Below are positions 1 to 10,543 of a stretch of DNA of 64,000 nt, piece after piece. The notes beneath the pieces are model-generated. The model made no database searches. It was given only the letters and a program-made list of their open reading frames with translations, and had not been told where the DNA came from. Source of the DNA: Amphiscolops sp. MND2022 (lineage: Eukaryota); NCBI GenBank assembly GCA_964187785.1, contig CAXLNC010001087.1, positions 248,001 through 312,000 of the forward strand. Reading direction: 5' to 3'. Numbering within the stretch: the stretch's first letter is position 1; every line of letters begins with the position of its first letter. The translations under genes were made by a program, and so were the position numbers.

Positions 1-790
1 CAAAATAAACTTTGCGCCGCAGAACTACATAACAATCGGAAATTCACGACTGTAAAAGAAATTATTACTACAAAACCAAGAAATAACTACAATGTTTCAG
101 AAAACGACAACAACTTCCAATTGGAACTGTCAGACTTTCCGGGGGAACAAGACTCGGAAATACTGGTGAGGGAACGTGCAAGAGGTACGAAGCTGGACGG
201 ACTCTTCAAGAAGAAAAAAGGGGTGATCACAAAAGAAACAGATCACACAATCACAGTGAGCGGCAAGAAACGGCGACCAACTATATACAGCAAGCGAGAC
301 GTAGCGATGGCAATTACAAATGAGGCGCGAACAGCACCGAACCAAGAAGCTACAACAAGCCCTACCAACCGCAGACTCACAACGAGAAAGACGAACACCA
401 AGCACTGACAGCGAACCAATTAAAAACGCCGCACCAAACAAAAAGCCACAACCAGCTAAAGTGAACGAAAAGAGGAAAAAATCCAAACTCCCAAAAGAGT
501 TCCACAGATTACAAAACTGGCAACAACTACTAGAAACAGACTCAACTGACGAAGAGGAGGAAAGGAGGCGACAAAAGGCACCAATAAAAGCCACAACAAA
601 CTGGGAAAAACAGCCAAAAGAAGAACCGAAATCAGAAGAAGAAACGGCAAGTCAACAAGCGAGCGACCGACCAAGAAGAGAACGAAAGACCCCAAATTAC
701 TTTGGAAACCCGGTTATGATCTGTGGAGTTGAACAAGGAAAACAACCCCCCGAAATCATCACTATCAGTTCATCAACAGATGAAAACTAA
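1..790 (+). mobile_element. 3' end of a Gypsy-like LTR retrotransposon: integrase C-terminal tail and low-complexity ORF remnants, truncated by the window edge
   Basis: Open frame through ...ILVRERARGTKLDGLFKKKKG..ETDHTITV, then a charged ORF (320-790), followed by a PPT and an LTR. No catalytic motif lies inside the window, so the family call is tentative. Confidence 0.55.
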
Positions 791-905
791 AGTAGCCACA
801 AGAAGCAGCTAAAGGAAATAGAAAAACTTAGAAGCAACAGAAACTTACAGAGCCAAATTATTTATGTTCAATTTCATGACTGAACGTCAAGAAACGAAGG
901 AGGAG

Positions 906-1129
906 TGTGACAGGGCTCAATCAAAGAAGCAAAGAACAAAACACTAAATTAAAAATAACATATGAGTGACGTAAACTTTACCAACAAGTTGTACATTTTA
1001 TCTTACATATTTACAAATAATGTACTGGTTGAATTATAGAGCTTGAAGTCTGAGATCCGCTCAGTCACCATATGGTCTATACAATAAAGTATTGCTTCTC
1101 GTCTTTTCACCTGAAACATACACTTCACA
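906..1129 (+). repeat. 3' LTR (224 bp) of the truncated element
   Basis: Starts TGTGA, ends TCACA (inverted termini). Purine tract AAGAAACGAAGGAGGAG (889-905) immediately upstream. AATAAA at 1083-1088. Confidence 0.75.
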
Positions 1130-1321
1130 ATGAAAACTGAATTATACAACAGGAAGTTACTTAATGGAAACTACCCTAAAACAAAAGGTTAGAGCATTCG
1201 GCCTTTACTGGGCGGTATCATCCTCGAACCATATTAACCCCTCCCCATTGTTAAAAATTAGGCAAGTCCTTATCCGTAGCTTAGTGGTATTGATAGTGCA
1301 ATGATCAAGTTGAACAGAGGT

Positions 1322-1860
1322 AAACAAGCCGGGAGCAGCCCAAGTCGGCGTCCCGGTCAAAGTTCAATAAAGGGTTCAATACTAGACAGGACACTATTTG
1401 AAAAATTTTAAAGTGACAACGCCATAACATACCCGAATCATCGAATAGCCCAGATTTTTGAAAAAAATAGTCGTAAGTTTTTCTATCGGGAAAAGTCTTA
1501 TAGTGTTGAAAAACCCAAAAGGAGACTATTAAGTTCACGAAACGCTTTTTGTTGTACCCTTTGACCAAATGGACGTTTCTTCCCAAAAAAGTGGCAAAGC
1601 GAGGGAAAACCGTAGGTCATTTCTACAGCAATGATGAAAACTCTCGAAAACCCAATAATATTTTCGATGAGTCGCATGGTGCCAAAAATTCGAAGGGAGC
1701 CCTCTTTACTCGCAAAACGCTTTCGTTCTGTCAAACACTGAAAGATGTTCCGGTGAAAAACAAATGAACAAAAGTCGTATAGTATCAAAAAAGTATAGTA
1801 CCGACCCTTTAGTCCTTTCTCTATTTTTGCAAGCAATAAAAACTTGGTTCAGTGCGTGAC
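1322..1860 (+). repeat. Diverged copy of the dispersed AAACAAGCCGG...AAGTCGGCG repeat family (see 24325-25530)
   Basis: Shares the 5' motif aaacaagccgg-N-aagtcggcg with the copies at ~24325 and ~24887. The right boundary is approximate. Confidence 0.45.
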
Positions 1861-1999
1861 TCAAACTCGTTCTCCTGCTACCCAGGCCTCATAGCCACAT
1901 CCGAAAATCCACGTTACCCACTGGATCAAAGCAAAAGGCGGGCACACTTTCATATAAAGTTTATGACTCAATCAAAATTTCTTTTAAAAAAAAGACATT

Positions 2000-2437
2000 T
2001 GAAAAAGAGTTGCGGGTTCGATATTGTAATAAATATCCGTTTATCTTTGCGGTTACGCTCAGTTGAAGTGACCCAGATTGATTGGAGGGTCGAATTTTGG
2101 AATGTTCAAAACCAGTTATCTAGTGTTCATTGACCGTACCGATCAATCTGGGAGTCTATTTCTTTGAAGGGAAAAGCATTTTATATAAAAGATTCCTTTA
2201 GTTAGATTTCAGTGTTAAGGTAAAGGAAGCATCGATTGAATAAAGGTAATTCAACAGAAGAGTTTGAGTTGATGATAATTTGCGTGGAAGAAAGTTTTTC
2301 AAAAGTCCGAGTTGACGGAAATGTTCAATTGCTTTTTCCGGAAGTGTGAAAAGTTTGTTCTGAAGTTCGGAGTTGAATCTTTCTTGAGAATTGGGTTGAA
2401 GCCACGTGAAATATTCTTTTTGAGATGATCACTAACA
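2000..2437 (-). repeat. BEL 3' LTR (438 bp)
   Basis: TGTTAGT...TTTTTCA on the minus strand. Near-identical to 8210-8646. Purine-rich tract AAAATGAGGCCGGC directly upstream. Confidence 0.95.
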
Positions 2438-2503
2438 GCCGGCCTCATTTTGCAACGCAAAATAAATTTCCAAAGTGTAGATCGAAAAAATATGAAATAA
2501 AAC

Positions 2504-3562
2504 TCATCTTTCAGTTCCATCTTGATCAACGAAGTTTAAAGGTGCAAGTTGTACAGCCGGATTTTCCTTTTCACCCAGTTGAGTTTTGATTAGATATCTC
2601 TTGAATTGTGTTGAATCTGGAGATAGTGCCTTAATGACACGACCCAAAGGCCATAAACCTCTTGGAGTGAATTCTTTTAAAATCCAAACTAGTGTACCAT
2701 GTTTCAAATCCATGGTTTTGGCTGTCCATTTCTTTCTAGGTAATAAAGTTGGGTAATATTCTTTCTGCAGTCGCTTCCATACGTGGTCCGCCAGTTGTTG
2801 GGCAAATTTCCATTGTCGAGTCAAAGGCGTGCTTTTGTCATGGTAAAAGGTCAAAGGAATTTTGCCATGAGCTCTCCCCAAGAGAAAATGATTAGGAGTA
2901 AGCGCTTCAATGTCACGAACATCTGTGGAAACACTAGTCAGTGGACGGCAGTTCAAGAAATTTTCTACTTCGCAAAGTAGTGTTGTAAATGTGTCGTCAG
3001 TCAGGGTTTGACATCCAAGGATGGAGTAAAACGCATCCTTGCAGGATCGAATTAAACGTTCCCACACACCTCCGAAATGAGGAGCTTGAGCAGGATTGAA
3101 ATGCCATTGTATTTCGAATTTGGTGAGAAAGTCAAGTACTTGCGTCGAGTCGAAAATTTTTTGTAATTCCTTCTCGGCAGCAGTGAAGTTTGTTCCTCTA
3201 TCAGACACTAGTTGCGCTGGATAACCGCGCCGAGAAAAGAAACGTTGGAGGGCGTTCATAGTTGCATCGCATGAGAGATCGACATACATTTCCAAATGAA
3301 CCGCTCTTGTAGTCAGACAAGTAAGTATTAGAGCGTATCGTTTGTTATAGGTAGACGAAGATTTAGAGGCGAAGGGTCCAAACATGTCCAAACCAGTTTG
3401 TTGGAAAGGGAAAAGTTTTTCAGTCGTAAAGCGGAATTCGGGAAGTGGTGACATCTGTGGGAACTCCGCAGCCGCGTGTTGTCGACAACATTCGCGGCAA
3501 CGTTTGAGCATCTTACGAATCTCATTTGTTATCGACAGAATCCAAAACTCGTTCTGGAGCAT
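2504..3562 (-). CDS. pol: BEL integrase (DDE core), separated from upstream pol by a frameshift
   Basis: C-x2-C zinc motif, GLDMFGPF, VSDRGTNF, PHFGGVWERLIR, LTPNHFLLG, WPLGRV. Confidence 0.93.
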   Translation of the reverse strand: MLQNEFWILSITNEIRKMLKRCRECCRQHAAAEFPQMSPLPEFRFTTEKLFPFQQTGLDMFGPFASKSSSTYNKRYALILTCLTTRAVHLEMYVDLSCDATMNALQRFFSRRGYPAQLVSDRGTNFTAAEKELQKIFDSTQVLDFLTKFEIQWHFNPAQAPHFGGVWERLIRSCKDAFYSILGCQTLTDDTFTTLLCEVENFLNCRPLTSVSTDVRDIEALTPNHFLLGRAHGKIPLTFYHDKSTPLTRQWKFAQQLADHVWKRLQKEYYPTLLPRKKWTAKTMDLKHGTLVWILKEFTPRGLWPLGRVIKALSPDSTQFKRYLIKTQLGEKENPAVQLAPLNFVDQDGTER

Positions 3563-5085
3563 GTTTTTTGTGTGCTGTAAGGGGAATGACTATTGGCAAC
3601 GTGTATATGGCGTTTTAACATTTTAACCACAGGATGTTTGCCATCCAAGATAATGGGATGTTTCTGGCAATATTCGAATTCCGATTTCTGGAGTCGGCCT
3701 CCTGCTCGAATGAAATCATCGGCCGAAAAGAAAGGACTCAATGGTGTTAAGCGACTACTTTTTTCAACTGGTCGTTTGCTGGTTAGAGCTAGCATCTCGG
3801 GATGAAAAGAGTCTCTTTGGGACTGACGTAAGAGGTACAGTTTTGCGTTCGAAATGTCCTGAGGCTGAACGCAACCTTGAGCAATGTCAGGCTGACTTGA
3901 GCCTTGCAGCATACTGTTAGCGCTGGAGTCCAGCCAGACATGCTGCTTGATGACATGTGAGGTGCCTGAGATGCTCGAATCAATTACTGTCTCATCGTGA
4001 TCAACACTTGCACGAAAGGATTTGAAAATTCGAACTGCACGAAGGACTGTTGCAGTGACGCGAACTAGCTTAGTCCAATCTGAGAAAGTTTCGAAGTCAA
4101 GGATTGGTTCTAGTGGAGAACAGCTGTGAGCGCTTTGCATTGTAACTTCTTCAATTCCACTAAAACTGTGATCAACAGGCCATCGATGTTCTGGTTGCTG
4201 AAGGAATTGTGGGCCAGAGAACCATCTGCAGTCAGATGAGAAGTCCTTCAGCGGCAAACCTCTGGTTCCGTCGTCTGCCGGGTTCAGTTCTCCAGGGCAA
4301 TGCCGCCATTGGCGAACGTGAGTGTTGTCTAAAATTTCGGCAACACGGCTAGCAACAAAGATTTGCTGCCTTTTTTCGGAGCCACGAATCCATTGCAACA
4401 CGGTGGTACTGTCCGTCCAGAACACAGTGTCCGCAATAAAAAGTGTTTGCTCTTTTTTGATGAACTTACAAAGTCGAGATCCAATAAGAGCAGCTTGGAG
4501 TTCAAGTTTGGTAATTGTGTGCTGTTTTAGCGGGGCGACGCGTGCTTTTCCTAAGATAAAGGAAGGTTTTGGAAACTGAGAAGCAGAAGAGCAGTAAACA
4601 AAGTATGCTACTGCGGCAATTGCTGAATAGGAAGCGTCACAGAAGATGTGGAGTGTTATCTCACTTGCTTGACCCAGGAACGCATGTCGTGGAATGGCGA
4701 TTGTTTTGGAGAATGATGGTATTTCGGAGATTAGATCAAAAAGTTCAGGAAGGATGTCTGAGGTTAAAATGTCATCCCATTTGACGCTTTTTCGCCAGAG
4801 CAACTGCTGAATGATTCGGAGACGAATTGTTATGGGTGCAGCGATACCCAGAGGATCAAAGATTGAAGAAATTATATGTAAGAGGTTTCTCTGTGTCAAT
4901 TTGATAGTCGTCAAATCTTTGAGTTTGAGAGGATCGAATTGAAGTTGGTCACTAGACAAGTCCCATATCACACCTAGAACACGCTGTTGCACCGTCTTCG
5001 ACTGTATGTCAACGTGGGAAATTCCGCGGTGGGTCTCGGGAATTGCGAAAAGTACATCTTGGGACGTGGTTGTCCATTTAGTCAA
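3529..5085 (-). CDS. pol: BEL pol fragment: RT thumb/connection, RNase H and start of the integrase zinc finger
   Basis: SIFDPLG, LHIFCDASY, KARVAP, KLELQAA, FWTDST, WRHCPGELNPADDGTRG, typical of Pao peptidase/RNase H regions. Confidence 0.92.
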   Translation of the reverse strand: MTKWTTTSQDVLFAIPETHRGISHVDIQSKTVQQRVLGVIWDLSSDQLQFDPLKLKDLTTIKLTQRNLLHIISSIFDPLGIAAPITIRLRIIQQLLWRKSVKWDDILTSDILPELFDLISEIPSFSKTIAIPRHAFLGQASEITLHIFCDASYSAIAAVAYFVYCSSASQFPKPSFILGKARVAPLKQHTITKLELQAALIGSRLCKFIKKEQTLFIADTVFWTDSTTVLQWIRGSEKRQQIFVASRVAEILDNTHVRQWRHCPGELNPADDGTRGLPLKDFSSDCRWFSGPQFLQQPEHRWPVDHSFSGIEEVTMQSAHSCSPLEPILDFETFSDWTKLVRVTATVLRAVRIFKSFRASVDHDETVIDSSISGTSHVIKQHVWLDSSANSMLQGSSQPDIAQGCVQPQDISNAKLYLLRQSQRDSFHPEMLALTSKRPVEKSSRLTPLSPFFSADDFIRAGGRLQKSEFEYCQKHPIILDGKHPVVKMLKRHIHVANSHSPYSTQKTCSRTSFGFCR

Positions 5086-5112
5086 ATTGAAACCACCTTT
5101 CAGCAGAACACA

Positions 5113-6627
5113 TCAAAGAGTTTGAAATAGAGAGATAGCTTCATCAACCGTGTCAGTTGAGACGAAGAGGTCATCCATGTAGAAGTTCTGTTTGATGATG
5201 GCAGCGGTATCTGGGAAGTCATCTACATTGTCATCAGCACATTTTTGGAGTGCAAAGTTCGCGCAGGTTGGAGAGCAAGCAGCTCCAAAGATGAACCTGA
5301 GATACTCATAAAACTGAGCATCTACAGTTCCCCAAAGAAATCGCAGAAACTTTCGATCAGCAGGTCGTACAGAGACTTGCATGAACATCGCTTCGATATC
5401 TTCAGTTAGTGGATACATCCGCTCGCGGAATCTGATAAGCACTCCTAACAAGTTAGCCAGAAGATCCGGACCCGGGAGAAGCATATCATTCAAACACACG
5501 CCGCGATATTTGGATCTTGCGTTGGACACGCGGCGCAGTTTACCAGGTTTATGCGGATGCATCACGCCGTGTTCTGGGAGTAACCACCCAGTGGATGGAA
5601 TTTCTTCGTGACTTAGCTTCCGTATATAGCCGCTTGCTAAATCTTTGCTGATAGTGTCTGCAAAAAGCTGCTTCACTTCTGGTTGTGAGTTTAAACGTTT
5701 TTGCATTCTTTTGAATTGCAGAATGGCTGAGTTGAAATTATTCGGCAGTTCCGCTTTTTGCTTCCAAAGCAATCCAACCTCGTAGCGCCCATCGACATAA
5801 CGAGTTGTTGCTTTCAGTGTTTGAAGTGCATGCTTTTCGTCATGAGACATAGTGACTTCAGGTGAAGTTCCATAAGTGTCCATTCTCCAGAAAGTTGCTA
5901 TAAGATCATACAGGTCTTTATCTTGTTGGTCTGATTGATAAACGGGGGCTTGGAAAGATAAGAGTTCGAAACTAGTGTCATTTGGACCTCCAATTGTCCA
6001 ACCGATGTCGGTCAAAACTGCACGAGGTGCGTTATCAGGTCCTTTGAAAACAGCTTTAGCTGTAATTAGATCAAAATTGTCTTGACCAAGTATCAGACCG
6101 ATTTGGTTGTCGGAAAAATCAGGAAAACTGATTTCCTTCAGATGACTATAGGATTGGCAAATACTGTTGAGTTGAGTAGGGTCGGCATCGTCATCGTGTA
6201 AATTAATTTTGGGAAGGACGAAAGCATTATCAATTGGAAACTTTTCAGTATTCTGTCCGAAAGGGTGAAGGATGAAAGAAACGGGTTCAACAGTTAATGT
6301 TTTAGTTCCATGGAAGCCGCCTACATGGAGTTGCACACTAGGCGTTTTCTTTACAACATCTAAATTGCTGGCAAGATCTTCCGAAATGTAGCTACAATTA
6401 CTCCCAGAATCGAGGAAAGCGTATGTTGAAACAAATTTATTCTGATGTTGTAGGGTTACTGGAATTGTGAACAGGAGAGAGTTTCGAATTCGAACTGGTT
6501 GGTTCCCCTGGGTGTGATGCAGATTGCTGATTAGTTGATTTGACAGTTTGCTGCGGTTTTTGAGCGTTTTCGAAGGTTCGAGAAGAGTTAGCGTGGTTTT
6601 GCTGACCTGTACTTGAGTAGCATCCAT
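5113..6627 (-). CDS. pol: BEL pol fragment: aspartic protease and reverse transcriptase
   Basis: AFLDSGS protease motif, GRYEVGLLWK, PDLL, DIEAMFMQV, FGAACSP, NFYMDD. Confidence 0.93.
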   Translation of the reverse strand: MDATQVQVSKTTLTLLEPSKTLKNRSKLSNQLISNLHHTQGNQPVRIRNSLLFTIPVTLQHQNKFVSTYAFLDSGSNCSYISEDLASNLDVVKKTPSVQLHVGGFHGTKTLTVEPVSFILHPFGQNTEKFPIDNAFVLPKINLHDDDADPTQLNSICQSYSHLKEISFPDFSDNQIGLILGQDNFDLITAKAVFKGPDNAPRAVLTDIGWTIGGPNDTSFELLSFQAPVYQSDQQDKDLYDLIATFWRMDTYGTSPEVTMSHDEKHALQTLKATTRYVDGRYEVGLLWKQKAELPNNFNSAILQFKRMQKRLNSQPEVKQLFADTISKDLASGYIRKLSHEEIPSTGWLLPEHGVMHPHKPGKLRRVSNARSKYRGVCLNDMLLPGPDLLANLLGVLIRFRERMYPLTEDIEAMFMQVSVRPADRKFLRFLWGTVDAQFYEYLRFIFGAACSPTCANFALQKCADDNVDDFPDTAAIIKQNFYMDDLFVSTDTVDEAISLFQTL

Positions 6628-7924
6628 GGATTGTGGTGTGATGTTTTTTGTTACAATCGCGACACGTGTTCTTGGAGTTGCAGTCTTTTACCATATGATG
6701 TCCCAGGCAATTGAGACATCGCTTATGGTCCATTATCATTTTCTTTCTGTCTTCAGCGGAGGACTGCTTGTATAGTGCACAATGCGCCGGGTGATGCTCC
6801 TTATTGTCAAAGGGGCAAGAAAAGTTTTGCTTCCTTGTTGGTTGTTGTGTTCGAACATCTTTTGTTTTTGTATTGTTGGAAGAGTTATCAGAATGAAAAT
6901 CAGCAGGTAAGTTCTCACAAGCAATGGCAAACTCACGTAACCATGCATTGAAGTCCATCAAATTGGGTTGAGCTATGTTCTTGCTAACTGCGTGTTGATT
7001 CCATTGAACTCGCTGGAAATGAGGCAGTTTGTTGGTAGCAAACTGTACATAGATAGTCGAGTGCAGATCATGGGTAAACCCAAGTGACTGGAAGGTTTCA
7101 ACCAAGTTGTTAACAAACGTGGAGAAAGTCATGAAACTATCTTTTTCGTGCGTCGAAGGTTGTGGGAAAGACCGGAGTTCACGCAGAAAGTTGTTGATTA
7201 TCACTTCTGGTCGACCGAAACGTCTTTGAAGCTCTGCTAATGCCGCATTGTACATCGAGCTGTTGCAAGAGAATCCAGAGATTGCCTGCTGCGCTGTTCC
7301 AGTTGTTAAGGTTCGCAAGTGTGTCATTTTTTCGGCATTAGAAATTGGTTGATCGTGAATGAGGGTTTTGAAAAGACCAAACCAAGTGTTCCATTTGAGA
7401 GGATTTCCATCATAAGGCTCAATTTTGATTTTCGGGCGAGACAGGTGCGAAATTGGTTGAGGAGGAGCAGAACTTCCAACGGCAACCGCAGGAGTTTGTT
7501 CTTCAGTGTTAACAATAGGTATTTCTTGGGCTGTCTCATCATTGGGGCCATCAGTCGTTATTGATACTGATTGAGTTTGTTGTTGTTCATTGGTTTCGTT
7601 TTTCGAACGTCGGAACATGTCTTGGAACCGGTCACAGACATCGTCGATGCTGTCTTCCAAAGCTGTGAAGTCAGTAATTAAAGTGTCTACTGTCATGTTT
7701 TCTGTTGGATGGTCAACGAGAAACATCGTCGAGATTTCAATATCTTTTCGTATTTTCTCCAAGTCATCAATTGTTTTGTCGATTTGAAACTGAGTATTAG
7801 AGTCATCGATTGCTTTTTCAATTTTAGCTAAGTGACGCTTCAATTTGGCAATGAGGAAATCTCTTTGAGCTATCGAAGATTTGGGAGGCATAGTGAAGTA
7901 CTTTGAAGAAATTTTCTTGAACAA
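6437..7924 (-). CDS. gag: BEL gag
   Basis: IEPYDGNPLKWNTW motif and three tandem Cys/His knuckles (CPFDNKEHHPAHC, CLNCLGHHMVKDC, CRDCNKKHHTTIH), the typical BEL arrangement. Confidence 0.9.
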   Translation of the reverse strand: MFKKISSKYFTMPPKSSIAQRDFLIAKLKRHLAKIEKAIDDSNTQFQIDKTIDDLEKIRKDIEISTMFLVDHPTENMTVDTLITDFTALEDSIDDVCDRFQDMFRRSKNETNEQQQTQSVSITTDGPNDETAQEIPIVNTEEQTPAVAVGSSAPPQPISHLSRPKIKIEPYDGNPLKWNTWFGLFKTLIHDQPISNAEKMTHLRTLTTGTAQQAISGFSCNSSMYNAALAELQRRFGRPEVIINNFLRELRSFPQPSTHEKDSFMTFSTFVNNLVETFQSLGFTHDLHSTIYVQFATNKLPHFQRVQWNQHAVSKNIAQPNLMDFNAWLREFAIACENLPADFHSDNSSNNTKTKDVRTQQPTRKQNFSCPFDNKEHHPAHCALYKQSSAEDRKKMIMDHKRCLNCLGHHMVKDCNSKNTCRDCNKKHHTTIHGCYSSTGQQNHANSSRTFENAQKPQQTVKSTNQQSASHPGEPTSSNSKLSPVHNSSNPTTSE

Positions 7925-8194
7925 TTAGCTGGTGTATGCTTGATAAAAGTTACTTAAACAATGATAGTTAGGCTGCTCCGGTCAAATTTCAAAGTCTCGA
8001 GGCGTTACTAGCTTGAGTGTTCCTGAATTTGAATGTTTTGACTTTCAACAGAAACTAAGGCAAGTTAAAATAGTTTCAAAAGCATGAAAATTGCAAAATG
8101 AGAGGCCCATTTGGCGGCAGAAGGCTGAATCCAAAGCTCGAAGATCTACGTCAAACGTAGATTCTAGGCTGATTGGCAGTGGGTAAGGCAAATC

Positions 8195-8209
8195 GGAGTT
8201 GGTGCGCCA
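8195..8209 (-). promoter_or_regulatory. BEL primer-binding site
   Basis: TGGCGCACCAACTCC immediately follows the LTR end (...TTTTTCA). The cognate tRNA was not determined. Confidence 0.75.
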
Positions 8210-8646
8210 TGAAAAAGAGTTGCGGGTTCGATATTGTAATAAATATCTGTTTATCTTTGCGGTTACGCTCAGTTGAAGTGACCCAGATTGATTGGAGGGT
8301 CGAATTTTGGAATGTTCAAAACCAGTTATCTAGTGTTTATTGACCGTACCGATCAATCTGGGAGTCTATTTCTTTGAAGGGAAAAGCATTTTATATAAAA
8401 GATTCCTTTAGTTAGATTTCAGTGTTAAGGTAAAGGAAGCATCGATTGAATAAAGGTAATTCAACAGAAGAGTTTGAGTTGATGATAATTTGCGTGGAAG
8501 AAAGTTTTTCAAAAGTCCGAGTTGACGGAAATGTTCAATTGCTTTTTCCGGAAGTGCGAAAAGTTTGTTCTGAAGTTCGGAGTTGAATCTTTCTTGAGAA
8601 TTGGCTTGAAGCCACGTGAAATATTCTTTTTGAGATGATCACTAAC
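8210..8646 (-). repeat. BEL 5' LTR; its first base is displaced to 23458 by the nested insertion
   Basis: Matches 2000-2436. Ends in ACTAAC where the intact LTR ends in ACTAACA. Confidence 0.95.
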
Positions 8647-10543
8647 TGTTGGAACTCACGTTCCTATCAATGCTTTCGTTTCCTGTATTTCCTATCGGGT
8701 CCGTTTCCAATTCGAAATGTGCGGCAGAACTACATTGTTCTGAGACAGAATTGGACAGGTTGTCCACTTTTGATGCTAAGTTCTCGATCAACCTCAGGAT
8801 TTCTCTCTGTCCGAATTCAGTGTCTCTTAAACGCTTGGACAGACGATTCTCTATTTTATTGGAGATATCTTCGAAATCTTGTTCAGAGAGGCTAACATTT
8901 TCGTCATTTGAGGCATTACAATTCTCAATTTCCTCTTGGCTAGTCCCTTGGTCACTCCTTAGCTTTCTTTTCTGTGACTTTTCGGGCATTTTCAAGGAAG
9001 TATTTCTGCTTGGAAAATTGAATTGGGTATTCACTTGATAACAGTTATAGGTAAACTATTCCCAAGCAACGCTGGTTAATCACAAAATAATATCCAAAAG
9101 TTCAAAATTACGGACGAATGGTTTCAACAAACGGATGAAGTCAACAATTATCAAAAGTAGATAATTACAAAACAATACTTGAAAAGACGATCAAAGTAGT
9201 TCGTACAATCGTGAAATTGATTCTGTTCCTTTCCTTATCCCGCTTCAGGTATTTATACTTTACGCTAGACACGCGGAATAAATTCCGCGCGTGAATTCAC
9301 ACCTTGTTCAGCTCGGCGTCCTTCCGAGGCGGGAAACTTTGAATCAGGTCCACATCCTCGGGATTCGGCTCTCGGCGTCATCTCACTTTTAAGGAAAAGT
9401 GGGAATCAACTTCCTGCCGAAGTCCCAATTCCGCTTCGCTTTCTTCTCGGTTTCCCGCCAATTCAAGACGCCGAACCAAAGTTGGCACTGAAATTCATGA
9501 ACCTAGCTACTAAAGCGGGAAAGGAAAGTGAAATTGTCATCGAATAATCCCAAATTTTACTGCCAATAAATTAAGGGAAAAGCTTCAAATGAATAATTCA
9601 ACAGCACTGATTTACATTAAATCAGATAATTATGGCTGTCAAATGGCATTTTAAGTTGAACCAAACAATAAAAATCCTGGATGAACGCCAGGTAACATGT
9701 TTCATTTCGAGTAGCCTAGCCGGTTGACCAGGCGATTGACTCAATTATACATGAACAGAACAATACATGTGAAGGTGAATATTAGCACGGGGGGGTTATT
9801 TTATCACAATATTATTATATATTATAATCAACAAGGACGGCTTTGCAGTTTAGGTGATTGGAAGTTGCATTTCAATTAACTATTTTCAATCATCTGTCCA
9901 GGCTGTTGTTTCATTAAGGAAAAATAGCGCCTTGCCTGGGAGATTGACTCAGATGGAAAGTGGATTAAACATATTATGATACTTCAAAATATCGTTGATT
10001 GGCGTTTATTAGGTGTTCTTTTGGTACTTAGCTTCTTTTAAGCTGTGATAAACTCATTTGAAAACTGCATCGATTAATTATAATTTGAGTACTCAGGTAG
10101 TGCGACTGAGCGAGCGTCCCAGCTTCAGTCGACTGGTAAGTTGCCTGGGACGTTGACTCAGTTATTCAATTAGTAACAACTGCGCTCGAATCTGATTGGT
10201 CAATATGAATTGGCTTAATGAAATTTGCTACTTCAGCTGAGGCGAATCCCCAGTCAACGCGTTGATTGAATTAATTTCAGTCAGCGCACTGGCTAGGTTG
10301 ACTAAACAAATACTGCATTCATTATTATTATTTAATTATTTACATATGTATGTATTTTAGCTACAGCACAGAGGAGGGGAATGTACGATTGTGTGTTATT
10401 CAAATAATATCAAGCTGTTTGTTGTCCTTTTTATTTTAGATCTGTTTATGGTAATTTTGGTCAGTTCTGATTGATTTCCTCACTCTCTTCTTCAGGCGTT
10501 CCTCCCGTTGTATGTGTCCCGTGACGCCTCTGGGGTCGCGACA
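8647..10543 (-). repeat. Element A 3' LTR (1897 bp)
   Basis: Direct repeat of 21556-23452 at offset 12909. One substitution noticed by eye (9597 T vs 22506 A). Purine-rich tract AAGAAAGCCGGGGAC upstream. Confidence 0.97.

Noticed and set aside
6437-6627. BEL gag/pol overlap as a programmed frameshift
   Set aside because: BEL/Pao elements usually have a single ORF, no slippery heptamer was seen, and this copy has other frameshifts (5085-5113, 3529-3562). Mutation is more likely.
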